DNA from: an uncultured Candidatus Rokubacteria bacterium
Lineage (GTDB): Bacteria > Methylomirabilota > Methylomirabilia > Rokubacteriales > CSP1-6
Reading direction: 5' to 3'
Length of the DNA: 64,000 nt
NCBI GenBank assembly: GCA_963789955.1
Contig: CAWBMV010000034.1
Span: forward strand, 1,120,001 to 1,184,000
Position numbers and translations under genes: made by a program
Notes under the pieces: generated by a model
Database searches by the model: none
What the model was told of the DNA's origin: nothing
What the model saw: the letters and a program-made list of their open reading frames with translations, nothing else
Shown: one piece after another, positions 9,978 to 21,157 of the stretch
Layout: each line of letters begins with the position of its first letter
Numbering within the stretch: the first letter of the stretch is position 1

Positions 9978-12900
9978 AGTTCGGGCTCAGGCGCCGATTC
10001 TCCCGCCGCCTCCTCCCGGCGCTCTTCGGTCTCCTGATGCTCTGGGCGATCGCGGGTGTCGTGGTCGCGGAGCGTGTCGTCGCGCGGTACGACACCGCGG
10101 TGAGCGCGACCCTGACGTCAGTCCGCGAGCTGGTGGCACTGGCCCTGGAAGACGTGCGCCGCGAGGCCTGGCTCCTCGCGCACGATCCCGCCGTCTCGGA
10201 CGGGATGGCGGAGAGCGACTGGGCCACGCTCGTGCGTGGCGCGCTGCCGAAGATCCTGGCGCTCCAGCAGGACCGGATCGCGGACCTCCTGCTGATCATG
10301 GACGCGAACGGCCTTCCGCTCATCCAGATGCCGCCCGCCAAGCAGAGCATCGCGCCCGCGGTCCTCCGGCCGACGGAGCCCTTCACGCAGGTGGCCCTCG
10401 TGGGCGAGCGACCCTACGTGCTGGGCATCGCGCCGACACCAGCGGGGATGGTCGTCGTCGGCCGGAGCTTCGATGCGCTCGAAGAATCGATCGCGACCCT
10501 TCCGTCCCGTCCGGCACTCGTGGCGGTCTCGAACGACCGCGCCCTCGGCGCGGTGTTGCCGGGCGCGCCGACGGCGGGCTGGACGGATGCGCTGCGGACG
10601 GGGCAGATCGCGATCGGCGGTGAGACGTGGCTCGCCCGACCGCTCCGCGAGGGCGGCGACCGCTTCTGGACCTTGCTGTCGGCGCGAGAGCACCGCGGCC
10701 CGGCGCGACGTCTCTGGATCTGGTGGGCCGTCTCGCTCGCCGCCGCGCTGGCCGGCGCCGTGGGTATCGCCGCCGTTTCCGCGTCGGACCGCGGCAAGGG
10801 CCGGCAGGAACGAAAGCCGAAAAGCCGGCCGTTGAACCGCGCGCGCCCTCGACCGGAGCCGGCTCCCGCGGCCGCCGAGCCCTTGCCCGCTGCCGCCGAG
10901 GCATCCGACATGCGCCGGAGCCGTGAGCTCGAGGTGCTGCATGCGGTCGTCGTGGCGACCGGGAGCGGCGACGACCTCGTGCTCACCGCCGAGCGGACCC
11001 TGGAGGTCGTGTGTGACGTCGCCGGGATCCACTTCGGCGGCGTGTTCCGCTTCGACCGCGCCACGCAGACCCTCGGCCTCATCGCCCATCGCGGGCTCGA
11101 GCCCGAGGACGTCGACCGGCTGCGTCTTCGTTCCCTCGACCGGAGCCACGTCGGCGAGGTGATCCGCACCGGGCGCGTGATCATCACCGACCTGACGGCC
11201 TCCCGCGTCTTGACGCCCGACGTCGTCGAGCGGGTGCGGGTCGGCGGCTACCACACGCAGCTCGCAATACCGATTCCGGTCAACGGCGAGACGTGGGGCG
11301 TGATGGCGCTCATCTCGAAAGAGGCGCGGACGTTTCAGGCCGACGAGCTCACCTTGCTCGAAGCGGTGGCGCACCAGGTGGGGCAGGTGGTGGCGCGGGC
11401 CTCGCTGCTGGCGGAGAGCCGCGAGAAGAGCCGTCGCCTCGAGGCGCTCGGCCGGCTCGCCCAGACGCTCACGGCCACCTTGTCGCCGGACGAGGTGTTT
11501 CAGCGGGTCGTCGACGCCGTGGTCGAGCTCTTCGGGTCGAGCGCCGCCCAGCTCTGGCTCGTGGACGAAGGCGGCCAGCATGTCGCGCTCCACGCCGTCG
11601 CCGGAGCCGATGCCTCCACCGGAGGCTTCGAGCGCGTGCGAGTCGGCGAGGGGCTCATCGGCACCGTCGTGGCGACGCGCGAGCCGCTGGCGACGGCCGA
11701 CGCGCTCACCGATCCGCGGACCCGCAACGTCGAGCCGACGCGCGCCGTCGGCGTGATCGGCGTGGGCATCGTGCCGCTCATGATCGATCAGAAGGTTCTT
11801 GGAGTCTTGACGATCGGCATGCGCGAGCGGCACGAGCCCACCGCCGAGGAGATGCAGCTCCTCGGCTCGCTGGCCTCGCATGCGGCGAACGCGATCAACA
11901 ACGCCCAGCTCTATCGCGAGGCGACGCGGCAGGCCCAGCGGATGAGCGCGCTGGCCGACCTCGGGCGGCTCCTCTCCGAGACGCTCGACCTCGACCTGGT
12001 CGGGCAGCGCATCGCCGACAGCGTCCGCCGGCTGCTGGGCGCGCACTCGTCGAGTCTCTACCGGATCGATCCGGACACGGAAGCGCTGGTGGCCTTCGTC
12101 GTCACCGGGGAGGACGGAGTCGCGATCCCCCGCGACACGGTGTTCCCGCGAGGCCACGCCCTCGTGGGCGTCGTCGTGCGAGAGCGAGCGCCCGTCGCCA
12201 CCGAGAATCTGCTGGCGGATCCCCGCTTCGTCTTCACCGACGAGGCCAGAGCGGCGATCGAGCGCGCGGGACACCGATCCGTGCTGGCGGTCCCGCTGCG
12301 TATCGGCGAGCGCGTCATCGGCGCCCTCGGCCTCGGCGACCGGGTCGGGCGCCGGTTCGATGACGACGAGATCCGCCTGGTCGAGGCGTTCGCCGACCAG
12401 GCGGCGCTCGCGCTCGAGAACGCGCGGCTCTACACGGAGTCGACGCGGCGCCGTCTCGAGGCCGAAGAGCTGGCGCGGCTGGCGCAGTCCCTGACGGAGA
12501 GCCTCGACCCGCGCGACGTCGGCCAGCGGATCGTCGAAAGCGTGCTCGGACTCTTCCAGGTTCGTTCGTCGGTGCTCCGGCTGCTGCGGGCCGACGGCTC
12601 GCTGATCACGCTCGCGGGCGGCGGCCGTTTCCGCGACGTCTCGCAGGTCGTCCCCGTGCTACCGGCGGGAGTCGGGCCGTCCGGGATCGCGATCGTCGAG
12701 GGACGCGCCGTGGCGTCGGTCGACGTCTTCAACGATCCCGCGATCGTCCTGAGCGACGACGTCGCCGCGGCGATGCGGCGCACCGGCGCCGGCGCGGTCG
12801 TTGCCGTTCCGCTGCGGGCCAAGGGCCGGATCATCGGCACCCTGGCGCTGGGCGACGTGGCGGGCCGAGTGTTCTCGGCCGGCGAGGTGGCGCTGCTCCA

Positions 12901-14619
12901 GGCGTTCGGCGACCAGGCGGCGCTCGCGCTCGAGAACGCGCAGCTCTATGAAGAGAACCGCCGCCAGGTCGAGGAGCTGTCGGTGCTCCTCGAGCTGTCG
13001 CGGGCGGTCACCGGTCAGCTCGATCGCGCGACCTTGCTCGAGGCCATCCGCGTCCAGGCCGGCCGCATCCTCGACGCCACCAACATGGCGATCGTGCTGC
13101 GCGACGAAGAGCGTGGCGATCTCGAAGTCGTCCTGCGTGTGGTGGACGGCGTTCCCGACATGCGCATGCCGCTCCGGTATCCCTCCCGCACGGTCGGGCT
13201 CATGTCGGCCGTGCTCGAGACCGGCAAGGCGCTGCGGACCGATGACTACCACGCCGAGTGCGCGCGGCGCGGGCTCGCGCCGGTGGAGACGTTCCCCGGC
13301 TCGCGGTCCTGGCTCGGCGTGCCGATGACCACCGGGGACATGGTGATCGGCGTGCTGACCCTGCGGAGCCAGACGCGGACCTTCGGCGAGGCCGACGAGC
13401 GGTTGCTGTCGAGCATCGGTCATCTCGCCGCACTCGCGCTGCGCAGCGCCCGGCTCTTCGAGGAGCGCACCCGGGCATACAGCGAGCTGGCCTCGGCGCA
13501 GGACCAGCTCGTGCGGACCGAGAAGCTGCGCGCGCTCGGCGAGATGGCCTCGGGGTCGCGCACGACTTCAACAATCTGCTCGCGTCGATCCTGGGCCGGG
13601 CGCAGCTCACCCTGCAGCGCTTGCAAGACCCGCAGCTCCGCAAGTGGCTCCAGGTCATCGAGCGCTCCGCGCTCGACGGGGCCCAGACCGTTCGCCGGCT
13701 GCAAGAGTTCACCCGCACCCGCCGCGACCAGCCGTTCGTGGCGGTCGACCTGAACGAGGTCGTCCGCGGCGCGCTCGAGATCACCCAGTCGCGCTGGCGC
13801 GAGGAAACGCGAAGCCGAGGCGTGGACGTCGAGGCGCAGACGTCGTTCGGGACCTTGCCGATGGTGGCGGGCGATCCGGCCGAGCTCCGCGAGGCGATGA
13901 CCAACCTGATCCTCAACGCCGTGGACGCGATGCCGACCGGCGGCACCCTGACCCTGACCACGCGCGTCGAGAACAATCTGGTCGTCGTCACGGTCGCGGA
14001 CACCGGTATCGGGATTCCCGAAGCGATCCGCGGCAAGATCTTCGATCCGTTCTTCACCACGAAGGGGCCGCAGGGCACCGGGCTCGGGCTCTCGATGACG
14101 TACGGCATCCTCTCGCGCCACGGCGCGCGGATCACGGTCGACAGCCAGGAGGGGCGCGGCACCACGTTTCGTCTGACGTTCGCGCCGGGCGCGGTCCCGG
14201 ACGTCGAGGTGAGCCCTCCGGCCGAGTCGGCGCCGCTCGGAGTATCGCTCCGGTGCCTGGTGATCGACGACGAGGCGGAGGTCGGCCGTGTCCTCGGCGA
14301 CGTGCTCCAGACGAGTGGGCACCGCGTCGTCGTGCTCGGCGACGGCGCCGAGGCGATCGCGCAGTTCCGTGCCGAGGCCTTCGATATCGTGTTCACCGAT
14401 CTCGCGATGCCCCGCGTCTCGGGCTGGCAGGTGGCCCAGGCCGTGAAGGAGATGGCGCCGGCGGTGCCGGTCGTTCTCGTCACGGGCTTCGGTGTCGAGC
14501 TGACGGCCGAGGAGCGTCAGGTCCACGGCGTGGACATGGTGCTGGTGAAGCCGCTGAAGATCGCCGACGTCCTCGGCGCCGTGGCGCGTGCCGCCCGCTG
14601 GCGTGCCGAGCGAAGCTGA
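9974..14619 (+). CDS. Membrane-bound hybrid histidine kinase with five GAF domains, HisKA/HATPase and REC (one frameshift near 13555)
   Basis: Repeated GAF units ending ALENARLY/NAQLY; GEMASG-VAHDFNN split by the shift; NAVDAM, DTGIG, FFTTK, GTGLGL; REC with TDLAMP; GTG overlaps the pyk stop. Confidence 0.88.
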
Positions 14620-14635
14620 GAGGAGGACGACCTTG

Positions 14636-15424
14636 ATGGACTTCAAGTTCCTGACCCTCGAGCGCCATGACGGGGTCGCGACGATCACGCTCAACCGGCC
14701 CGACGCGTTCAACGCGCTGAGCCTCGGCCTCGGCCGCGACCTCTTCCACGCCGCGCTCGAGGTCGACGAGGACCCGGCCGTGCGCTGCGTCGTCGTCACC
14801 GGCGCGGGCCGGGCATTTTGCGCCGGCGGCGACGTCAAAGACTTCGTCGACAATCTCGAGCGCATCGGCGTGCTGGTGAAGGAGCTCACGACCTATCTGC
14901 ACGGCGCGGTGTCCCGGTTCTGCCGGACCGACAAGCCGATCATCATGGCGGTCAACGGCGTCGCGGCGGGCGGCGGCCTGAGCTTCGCGCTCTCCGGCGA
15001 CCTGGTCGTCGCCGCTGAGTCGGCGCGGTTCACGATGGCCTACTCGAAGATCGCGGCCACCCCCGACGGCTCGTCGTCGTACTTTCTGCCGCGCCTCGTC
15101 GGGCTGCGCCGCGCGATGGAGCTCTACTTCACCAACCGCGTGCTCTCGGCGCGCGAAGCACTCGAGTGGGGGCTGGTGACGCGCGTGGTGCCCGACGCAG
15201 AGCTCGCGTCGACGGTCGCCGCGATGGCGCGCGAGCTGGCCCAGGGCCCGACGAAGGCGTTCGGCGGCGCCAAGCGCCTCTTCCACCAGTCGACGTGGGA
15301 GAGCCTGGAGACGCAGATGGAGCTCGAGGCGCAGGCGATCGCGGCGAGCGGCCATACCGAGGACTTCCGGGCCGGCGTCACGGCGTTCGCGCGCAAACAG
15401 ACGCCGACGTTCCGCGGACGGTGA
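14636..15424 (+). CDS. Enoyl-CoA hydratase/isomerase family protein (PaaG-like)
   Basis: ITLNRPD, AFCAGGD, AVNGVAAGGG, PDG motifs; SD gaggagga. Confidence 0.92.
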   Translation: MDFKFLTLERHDGVATITLNRPDAFNALSLGLGRDLFHAALEVDEDPAVRCVVVTGAGRAFCAGGDVKDFVDNLERIGVLVKELTTYLHGAVSRFCRTDKPIIMAVNGVAAGGGLSFALSGDLVVAAESARFTMAYSKIAATPDGSSSYFLPRLVGLRRAMELYFTNRVLSAREALEWGLVTRVVPDAELASTVAAMARELAQGPTKAFGGAKRLFHQSTWESLETQMELEAQAIAASGHTEDFRAGVTAFARKQTPTFRGR

Positions 15425-15484
15425 GCGGCGCTGGGCCGGAACGTCCTCGGGTACAATTGGTGACGAGTCGCTCAGGAGGCCTCG

Positions 15485-16261
15485 ATGAACGACAGCGCTA
15501 CGCGGGTATCCGGAACCAGAGCCCGGTTCTTCTACCGGCCGGGCTGATCGTCCTGCGCCAAGACGAAGGAGCTCCTCACGTCTTGGGGGGTCGAGTTCGA
15601 CCCGGTCGATACGCAAGCTCACCCGGAAGGCTACGAGGAACTGGCGCGCCTGGGAATCCAGCGCGTCCCGGCGCTGACCATCGGGGATCGCGCCGCGCAC
15701 GGATGGAACCCGCCGGCGTATGCGGAGCTCCTCGGGATCCCGTACTCGGAGACGATCAAGCTGGCTCCGGCCGTGCTCGCCCAGCGGCTCGACATCGTGC
15801 TCGACACGAACCAGCAGCTGATGGGTATCGTCCCCGAGCGGCACCTGAACTGGCGACCGCCCGAGCGCAATCGGACGCTCCGCAACCTCGGCTACCACGT
15901 CTTCCGGCTCTCGCTCGCGTTCGTGGACGGAATGGATCTCGGTGAGTTCCCCGAATCGTGGCTGCTCGACGAGGCGCCCGACGATCTCTCGGACGGTCCG
16001 GCCATCGCGCGCTACGGCGCGCTCGTGCGTGGACGTATCGCCGGCTGGTTCGAAGGCGCGTCCCCGTCCGAGTTCTCGCGCGTGATCAGGGTGTACTACG
16101 GCCCGCAGTCCGGCCACGACCTGCTCGAGCGCACGACGTGGCACGCCGCGCAGCACCTGCGCCAGCTCTACGCCCTCTCCGAACGGCTCGACATCAAGCC
16201 GCCGGTGCCGATGCCGAGCGAAGCCTTCAAGGGCCTGCCGCTTCCTGCCGCGCTCTGGTGA
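15485..16261 (+). CDS. Glutaredoxin-like domain fused to DinB-like domain, probable selenoprotein (USSC)
   Basis: SD aggagg, ATG 15485: ...FFYRPG-TGA(15545-15547)-SSCAKTKELL...GIQRVPAL, in frame with ORF 15773..16261 (RTLRNLGYH, TWHAAQHLRQ). Confidence 0.83.
15558..15586 (+). promoter_or_regulatory. Putative bacterial SECIS element
   Basis: CCAAGACG-A-AGG-AGCU-CCU-CA-CGUCUUGG hairpin beginning 10 nt after the UGA; G at loop position 2. Confidence 0.62.
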
Positions 16262-17029
16262 CACGGGTCGACTACGATCGGCGCCTCTATCGGACGTATC
16301 GCGCCGGTCGTAGCCTCTCCCCCGACACCGGCCGGCTCTGGATGGACGCGCTGGCCGGCCACGTCGGTCGCGGCCACTCTGATCTGACCATTCTCGACCT
16401 CGGCGCCGGCACCGGGCGCTTCTCGGTGCTGCTGGCCGATGCGTTCGCGTCGCAGGTCGTCGCCGTCGAGCCGTCGGAGAAGATGCGCGCCGAGGCCGAG
16501 CGCGGCAGCCCGCACGCTCGAGTCGTCTATCGGGACGGCACGGCCGGCGCGATCCCGGCCGCAAACGGAGCGTTCGACTTCGCGCTCCTGTCCATGGTGA
16601 TCCATCACGTTCCAGATCTCGATGGCTGCGCGCGCGAGCTCCACCGGGTCATCAAGCCCGCGGGGCTCGTGTTCATCCGAAACACCTTCAGCGGCCGACT
16701 CGCGAGCATTCGCCACTACGAGTTCTTTCCGTCGGCGCGCGCCATCGACGAGGCGCGTCTCCCCACGGTCGAGCAGATCCGCGATGCGTTCGAGGCGAGG
16801 GGATTCGCGACGGCGGCGCTCGACACGCTCGAGCAAGAGATCGACCCGAGCCTCGCCGCCCACTACGACCGCCTGAAACGCCGAGCCCTCTCCTCGTTCG
16901 AGCTGATGACCGACGCCGAATTCGAGCACGGCCTCGCTCGCCTGCGAACTCGCCGCCTCCCTCGAAACCACCCCCATACCAGTCCTAGAAAAAATCGACC
17001 TCCTCGTCCTCCGCCGCCCCAACAACTAA
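16258..17029 (+). CDS. Class I SAM-dependent methyltransferase (probable extra base near 16948)
   Basis: ILDLGAGTG, VEPS, FDFALLSMVIHH; plausible C-terminus PVLEKIDLLVLRR-PNN-stop in the shifted frame; GTG overlaps the upstream stop. Confidence 0.85.
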
Positions 17030-17155
17030 CCCCGTTCCCACCACAAGAACCGGAGTCCTTCCCAGCACCGAAGCGCACCGTGCCGATGCCAGGCACACCG
17101 CGAGCCCGGCTGCCGTGACGTGTGCGTCTGACTGCATACGCCTAGCAAAACCGGG

Positions 17156-17312
17156 GGCGCGGGAGGCAGGCGGTGGGTGGGGGGCATTGCGACTCGTTCC
17201 CTCCAAGGGTCAGCGGACGAACAGCGCCGAGATGGAGCCCAGCCGCTACGGGAAATGCGCCCGCGTGCCGCGTGGTCGCAATGCCCCCCACCCACCGCCT
17301 GCCTCCCGCGCC
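17156..17312. repeat. Perfect 38-bp inverted repeat with 81-bp spacer
   Basis: 17156-17193 is the exact reverse complement of 17275-17312. Confidence 0.85.
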
Positions 17313-17322
17313 TCCGCCTCCG

Positions 17323-18282
17323 CTAGTCCTCTTCCACCCAAGCCGCCGTCAACCGACGCGCCAGCCCGCGATGTCCTTGGAAGAAATACGCGAGCATGAC
17401 GACGCTGGCGAGGAGGTTGCCGACGAACACGGTCCAGCCGGCGATCTCGTCGAGCACCCACTTCGCCGCGATCAGGACGCCGCCGATGAAGAACACCTCG
17501 AACGCGGTGAAGAAGATCACCAGCGCGAAGACGAAGAGCGGCTGACGCTCGGCGCCCGCGATCAAGAGGGCGCCGACGATGCCGAAGAGCGCGAAGGCGA
17601 TCCCGTGCACGACGGTGTAGGTGACGAGCGCGGTCACCGGATCGGATTGGCGGAGGAGCCCCATGCCGAGGAGCGTCGGCGTGCGCAGCGGCTCGCCCTG
17701 AATCCAGTCGATCGCCAGAAACCAGAGCGCCACCACCGCCGCGCCGAGCAGGCCCGCCACGATGCCCTCGCGGAGGACGGCGCCCCACGAACCGATCAAC
17801 GTGCGCGGCAGCGCCCGGTGCGCGCGGAAGAAGTACCAGAGCATCGCGATCGACGCGAGCAGGTTGCCGATGAGGATCGCCCACCAGACCAGCGCGCCGA
17901 GCATCGACTTGCCGAGCGCGCCGACCACGCCGAAGACGAAGACTTCGAAGCTGGCGAACAGGATGACGAACGCGAGAAAGAGCGCAGGCTCGCGCTCGCT
18001 GACCGCCATGAGACTCGCCGCGACGACCCCGAACGCGACGAACGCCAGCCCGTGGATGATCGTGTAGCCGAGCACGTTGCCGAACGTCGGCCTGAGGCCG
18101 GCCGGGTCGGTGACCCCGTGGAACACCGCGGCACCCAGGAGGCCCGGCGTGAGGAACGGCTGGCCGCGGGCGATATCGAACACGAGGAACCAGACGGCGA
18201 CGACCGCCGCGCCGATCAAGCCGGCCACGATGCCTTCCCTGAGGATCGACCGCTCGGCGGACGCCATCTGGGTGCGCATCAT
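17323..18282 (-). CDS. Membrane protein made of two homologous halves
   Basis: LREGIVAGL(I/L)GAAVVA.WFL..D...G.P..TP..LG occurs twice. Confidence 0.8.
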   Translation of the reverse strand: MMRTQMASAERSILREGIVAGLIGAAVVAVWFLVFDIARGQPFLTPGLLGAAVFHGVTDPAGLRPTFGNVLGYTIIHGLAFVAFGVVAASLMAVSEREPALFLAFVILFASFEVFVFGVVGALGKSMLGALVWWAILIGNLLASIAMLWYFFRAHRALPRTLIGSWGAVLREGIVAGLLGAAVVALWFLAIDWIQGEPLRTPTLLGMGLLRQSDPVTALVTYTVVHGIAFALFGIVGALLIAGAERQPLFVFALVIFFTAFEVFFIGGVLIAAKWVLDEIAGWTVFVGNLLASVVMLAYFFQGHRGLARRLTAAWVEED

Positions 18283-18292
18283 TGTATGCCTT

Positions 18293-18943
18293 CTACGGTG
18301 ACTCGGCGTCGCGCGCGAATCGCACGCCGTAGTCGGAGTAGCGCAGGTGGGGTGGCAGGGAGGAGCGGTGGCCGACCGGGCTCCACGGATCGGCATGCCG
18401 CCAGGCTCCGCCTCGGCTGACTCGCCGCGTCCCGGTGGCCGCGCCTCGCGGATTCCGGTCCGGCGATTCGACGTAGTAGCTCTCGCCGAACCAGTCGGCG
18501 CACCATTCGTGGCACACGCCGGAGAGGTCGGTGAGCCCGAGCGCGTTGCGCGGCGTTTCGCCGACGCGCGGCGGCCGCTTGAACATCATGGTCGGTCGGT
18601 CGTCGCCCCAGGGGTAGCGCGCCTCGTCGAGGCCGCCGCGGGCCGCTTTCTCCCACTCGGCCTCGGTCGGCAATCGCGCTCCCGACCACTCCGCGAACGC
18701 CACGGCCTCGGCCCACGAGAGGCCGACGACGGGCTGACCTGGATCGGCGAACCCCGGCTCGAGCCAGAATGGCGGCACCGGGGCGCCGGTCGCCTTCGCG
18801 TAGGCGGCGAAGTCCGCGTTGGTCGCGGGCGTGCGCGCGATCATGAACGCGTCGACCCAGACGAGATGCCGCGGGCGCTCGCATGGGTGGCCGGAGGCCC
18901 AGCCCATGGCGAATCGTCCGGCCGGAACGCTCACGAAGTCCAC
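18293..18943 (-). CDS. FGE-sulfatase (SUMF1/EgtB C-terminal-like) domain protein
   Basis: RLPTEAEWEKAARGG, NALGLTDLSG..EW, RGGAW, GVR motifs. Confidence 0.88.
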   Translation of the reverse strand: MDFVSVPAGRFAMGWASGHPCERPRHLVWVDAFMIARTPATNADFAAYAKATGAPVPPFWLEPGFADPGQPVVGLSWAEAVAFAEWSGARLPTEAEWEKAARGGLDEARYPWGDDRPTMMFKRPPRVGETPRNALGLTDLSGVCHEWCADWFGESYYVESPDRNPRGAATGTRRVSRGGAWRHADPWSPVGHRSSLPPHLRYSDYGVRFARDAESP

Positions 18944-19022
18944 GCCTTATAATAGGTAGCTTTCAAAACGCCGGCGGGAGAAGTCGGTCGTTGCGGGGCC
19001 GGACCCCGCCAGGAGGATCTTC

Positions 19023-20192
19023 ATGAACTTCGCCCCAAGAATGGCCCGGCTCGGCACCGAGTCGGCGTTCGAGGTATTGGCCCGCGCGCGCCAGCTCGAG
19101 CGCACCGGACGCGAGATCATCCACCTGGAGATCGGCGAGCCCGACTTCGACACGCCGGCGCACATCAAGGAAGCGGCGAAGCAGGCGCTCGACGCGGGCG
19201 CGACCCACTACGGCCCGGCCGCGGGGCTGCCGGAGCTGCGCGAGGCGATCGCCAAGCACGTGGGCGAGACTCGCGGCATCGCCGTGTCGCCCGAGGAAGT
19301 CGTCGTGACGCCGGGCGCCAAGCCGATCATGTTCTTCACGATCATGGCGCTGATCGGCGACGGGGACGAGGTGATCCATCCGAACCCCGGCTTTCCGATC
19401 TACGAGTCGGTCATCAACTTCGTCGGCGGCGTGCCCGTGCCGATCCCCCTGCGCGAAGAGAGCGGCTTCGGGTTCGATCTGGACCTGTTCGAGCGGCGCA
19501 TCTCGCCGAAGACGAAGCTGATCGTGATCAACTCGCCCGAGAATCCCACCGGCGGCGTCCTCGATCGGAGCCAGCTCGAGCGCATCGCCGCGATCGCGGC
19601 CGAGCGGAAGATCCTGGTCCTGACCGACGAGATCTACCGTCAGTTCCTCTACGAGGGCGAGTTCGCCTCGATCACGAATCTGCCGGGCATGCAGGGGCGC
19701 ACGATTCTCCTCGACGGCTTCTCGAAGTCGTACGCGATGACCGGCTGGCGCCTCGGCTACGGGGTGATGCCGGCGCCGCTCGCCGAGCACGTCGCGCGGC
19801 TGATGGTCAACTCCAACTCCTGCACGGCCTCGTTCGTGCAGCTCGCCGGCATCGCCGCGCTGCAGGGTGACCAGACTCCGGTCGCGGCCATGGTGGCCGA
19901 GTTCAAGCGGCGGCGCGATCTGCTCGTCGACGGCCTCAACCGTTTGCCCGGCGTCAAGTGCGCGCGGCCGCGCGGCGCGTTCTACGTGTTCCCGAACATC
20001 ACCGGCACCGGCCGCTCGTCCGCCGAGGTGGCCGAGCGCCTGCTGACCGAGGCCGGCGTGGCGGCGCTGTCCGGCGCGGCGTTCGGCGCCCACGGCGAAG
20101 GCTATCTGCGGTTCTCGTATGCGAACTCGGAGGCCAACCTGAGCAAGGCGCTCGAGCGCATGCGCCCGGTGTTCGAGGGCTTCGCGAAGTGA
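19023..20192 (+). CDS. PLP-dependent class I aminotransferase (aspartate aminotransferase-like)
   Basis: GEPDF, NSPENPTG, DEIY, GFSKSYAMTGWRLG. Confidence 0.95.
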   Translation: MNFAPRMARLGTESAFEVLARARQLERTGREIIHLEIGEPDFDTPAHIKEAAKQALDAGATHYGPAAGLPELREAIAKHVGETRGIAVSPEEVVVTPGAKPIMFFTIMALIGDGDEVIHPNPGFPIYESVINFVGGVPVPIPLREESGFGFDLDLFERRISPKTKLIVINSPENPTGGVLDRSQLERIAAIAAERKILVLTDEIYRQFLYEGEFASITNLPGMQGRTILLDGFSKSYAMTGWRLGYGVMPAPLAEHVARLMVNSNSCTASFVQLAGIAALQGDQTPVAAMVAEFKRRRDLLVDGLNRLPGVKCARPRGAFYVFPNITGTGRSSAEVAERLLTEAGVAALSGAAFGAHGEGYLRFSYANSEANLSKALERMRPVFEGFAK

Positions 20193-20207
20193 CCGCGCCG
20201 CGCGGCG

Positions 20208-21020
20208 CTACGCTTCGAGCTCCAGCTGTCGATACGCGGCGCCCGCCGGCGTGATGTTCTTGCTGTAGAGTGGATGCTCGAAATCGTGCAGGACGTAGCT
20301 CTGCTCGTTCCACGCCCGCGCGCGTTCCCGCATCCAGCGAAGGCCGGCGATCTGCGAGATCTTCTTGTGCTTGCTCTGGCTGTTGAAGTCGCGAATGGCC
20401 GCGTATTCCCCCGTGAACTCGCTGTAGCAGGCGCGCTCCGGCCAGAATAGGTCGTCGAAGTAGCAGAACACCCGTGGCAATCGCGATTCGGACCCGCTGT
20501 CGAAGATGTGAAAGGCCTGCATGGTCGAGCTGTAGTAGTCGAGATCGAACGAAAGAAAGCCCACGGGATGGCGTAGGGTGCTCAGGGCCGCCGGAATGGT
20601 CTTCGCCAGGTCTCCGAGCATCAGGTTCGTGTGTTGCAGCCTGCGCTTCAACTTCTCCGGGTCCATACGGTAGAAGCCTTCGGCCCACACGTATGGGAGG
20701 TCGCGAAAGTCGGCGGGGGCTGGATTGCCGGAGCCGGTGTCGAAGCCGAACACGTCGACACTGAGGCCGAAGTGGGTCGCCATGGCTCGTGCGATCGTTT
20801 CGAGCGCCACGAGCCCGGAGCCCCCGGCCACGCCGAATTCGGCGACGGTGATTCCGTTCAAGCTCAACGATTTGGCCAGCTCCGCCGCCCGCCACACGCC
20901 GTAGGCGTACGCCGGGCGCGACCAGATGTCGAAGCGAGTCCTCAGCTCGGGCGAGCCCAAGGGGAAACTGCGCCACAGCCGACCGAATCCGGGAATCCGT
21001 GTGATCTGATTCAGCAGCAT
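20208..21020 (-). CDS. Hypothetical protein, TylF/macrocin O-methyltransferase-like fold
   Basis: AEFGVAGG, GFDTG.G, FDLDYYSST, YFDD, GEYAAI..F motifs. Confidence 0.6.
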   Translation of the reverse strand: MLLNQITRIPGFGRLWRSFPLGSPELRTRFDIWSRPAYAYGVWRAAELAKSLSLNGITVAEFGVAGGSGLVALETIARAMATHFGLSVDVFGFDTGSGNPAPADFRDLPYVWAEGFYRMDPEKLKRRLQHTNLMLGDLAKTIPAALSTLRHPVGFLSFDLDYYSSTMQAFHIFDSGSESRLPRVFCYFDDLFWPERACYSEFTGEYAAIRDFNSQSKHKKISQIAGLRWMRERARAWNEQSYVLHDFEHPLYSKNITPAGAAYRQLELEA

Positions 21021-21157
21021 GGTCGCAGTCTACGCAGATCCGGCCACGACCGGCATCGAGTGAAACCCTGAATTTCCGCTCGGGCGTTGGGGGTGAGTTG
21101 GGCCTCTAGGCCAGGTCGAACGAGTACAATGACGCGATACCAGATGCCGGTACACGC

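Noticed and set aside
15485..18943. Split EgtB/SenA (DinB + FGE + methyltransferase) ergothioneine or selenoneine pathway
   Set aside because: The DinB and FGE genes are on opposite strands in different operons, and the methyltransferase does not look like EgtD
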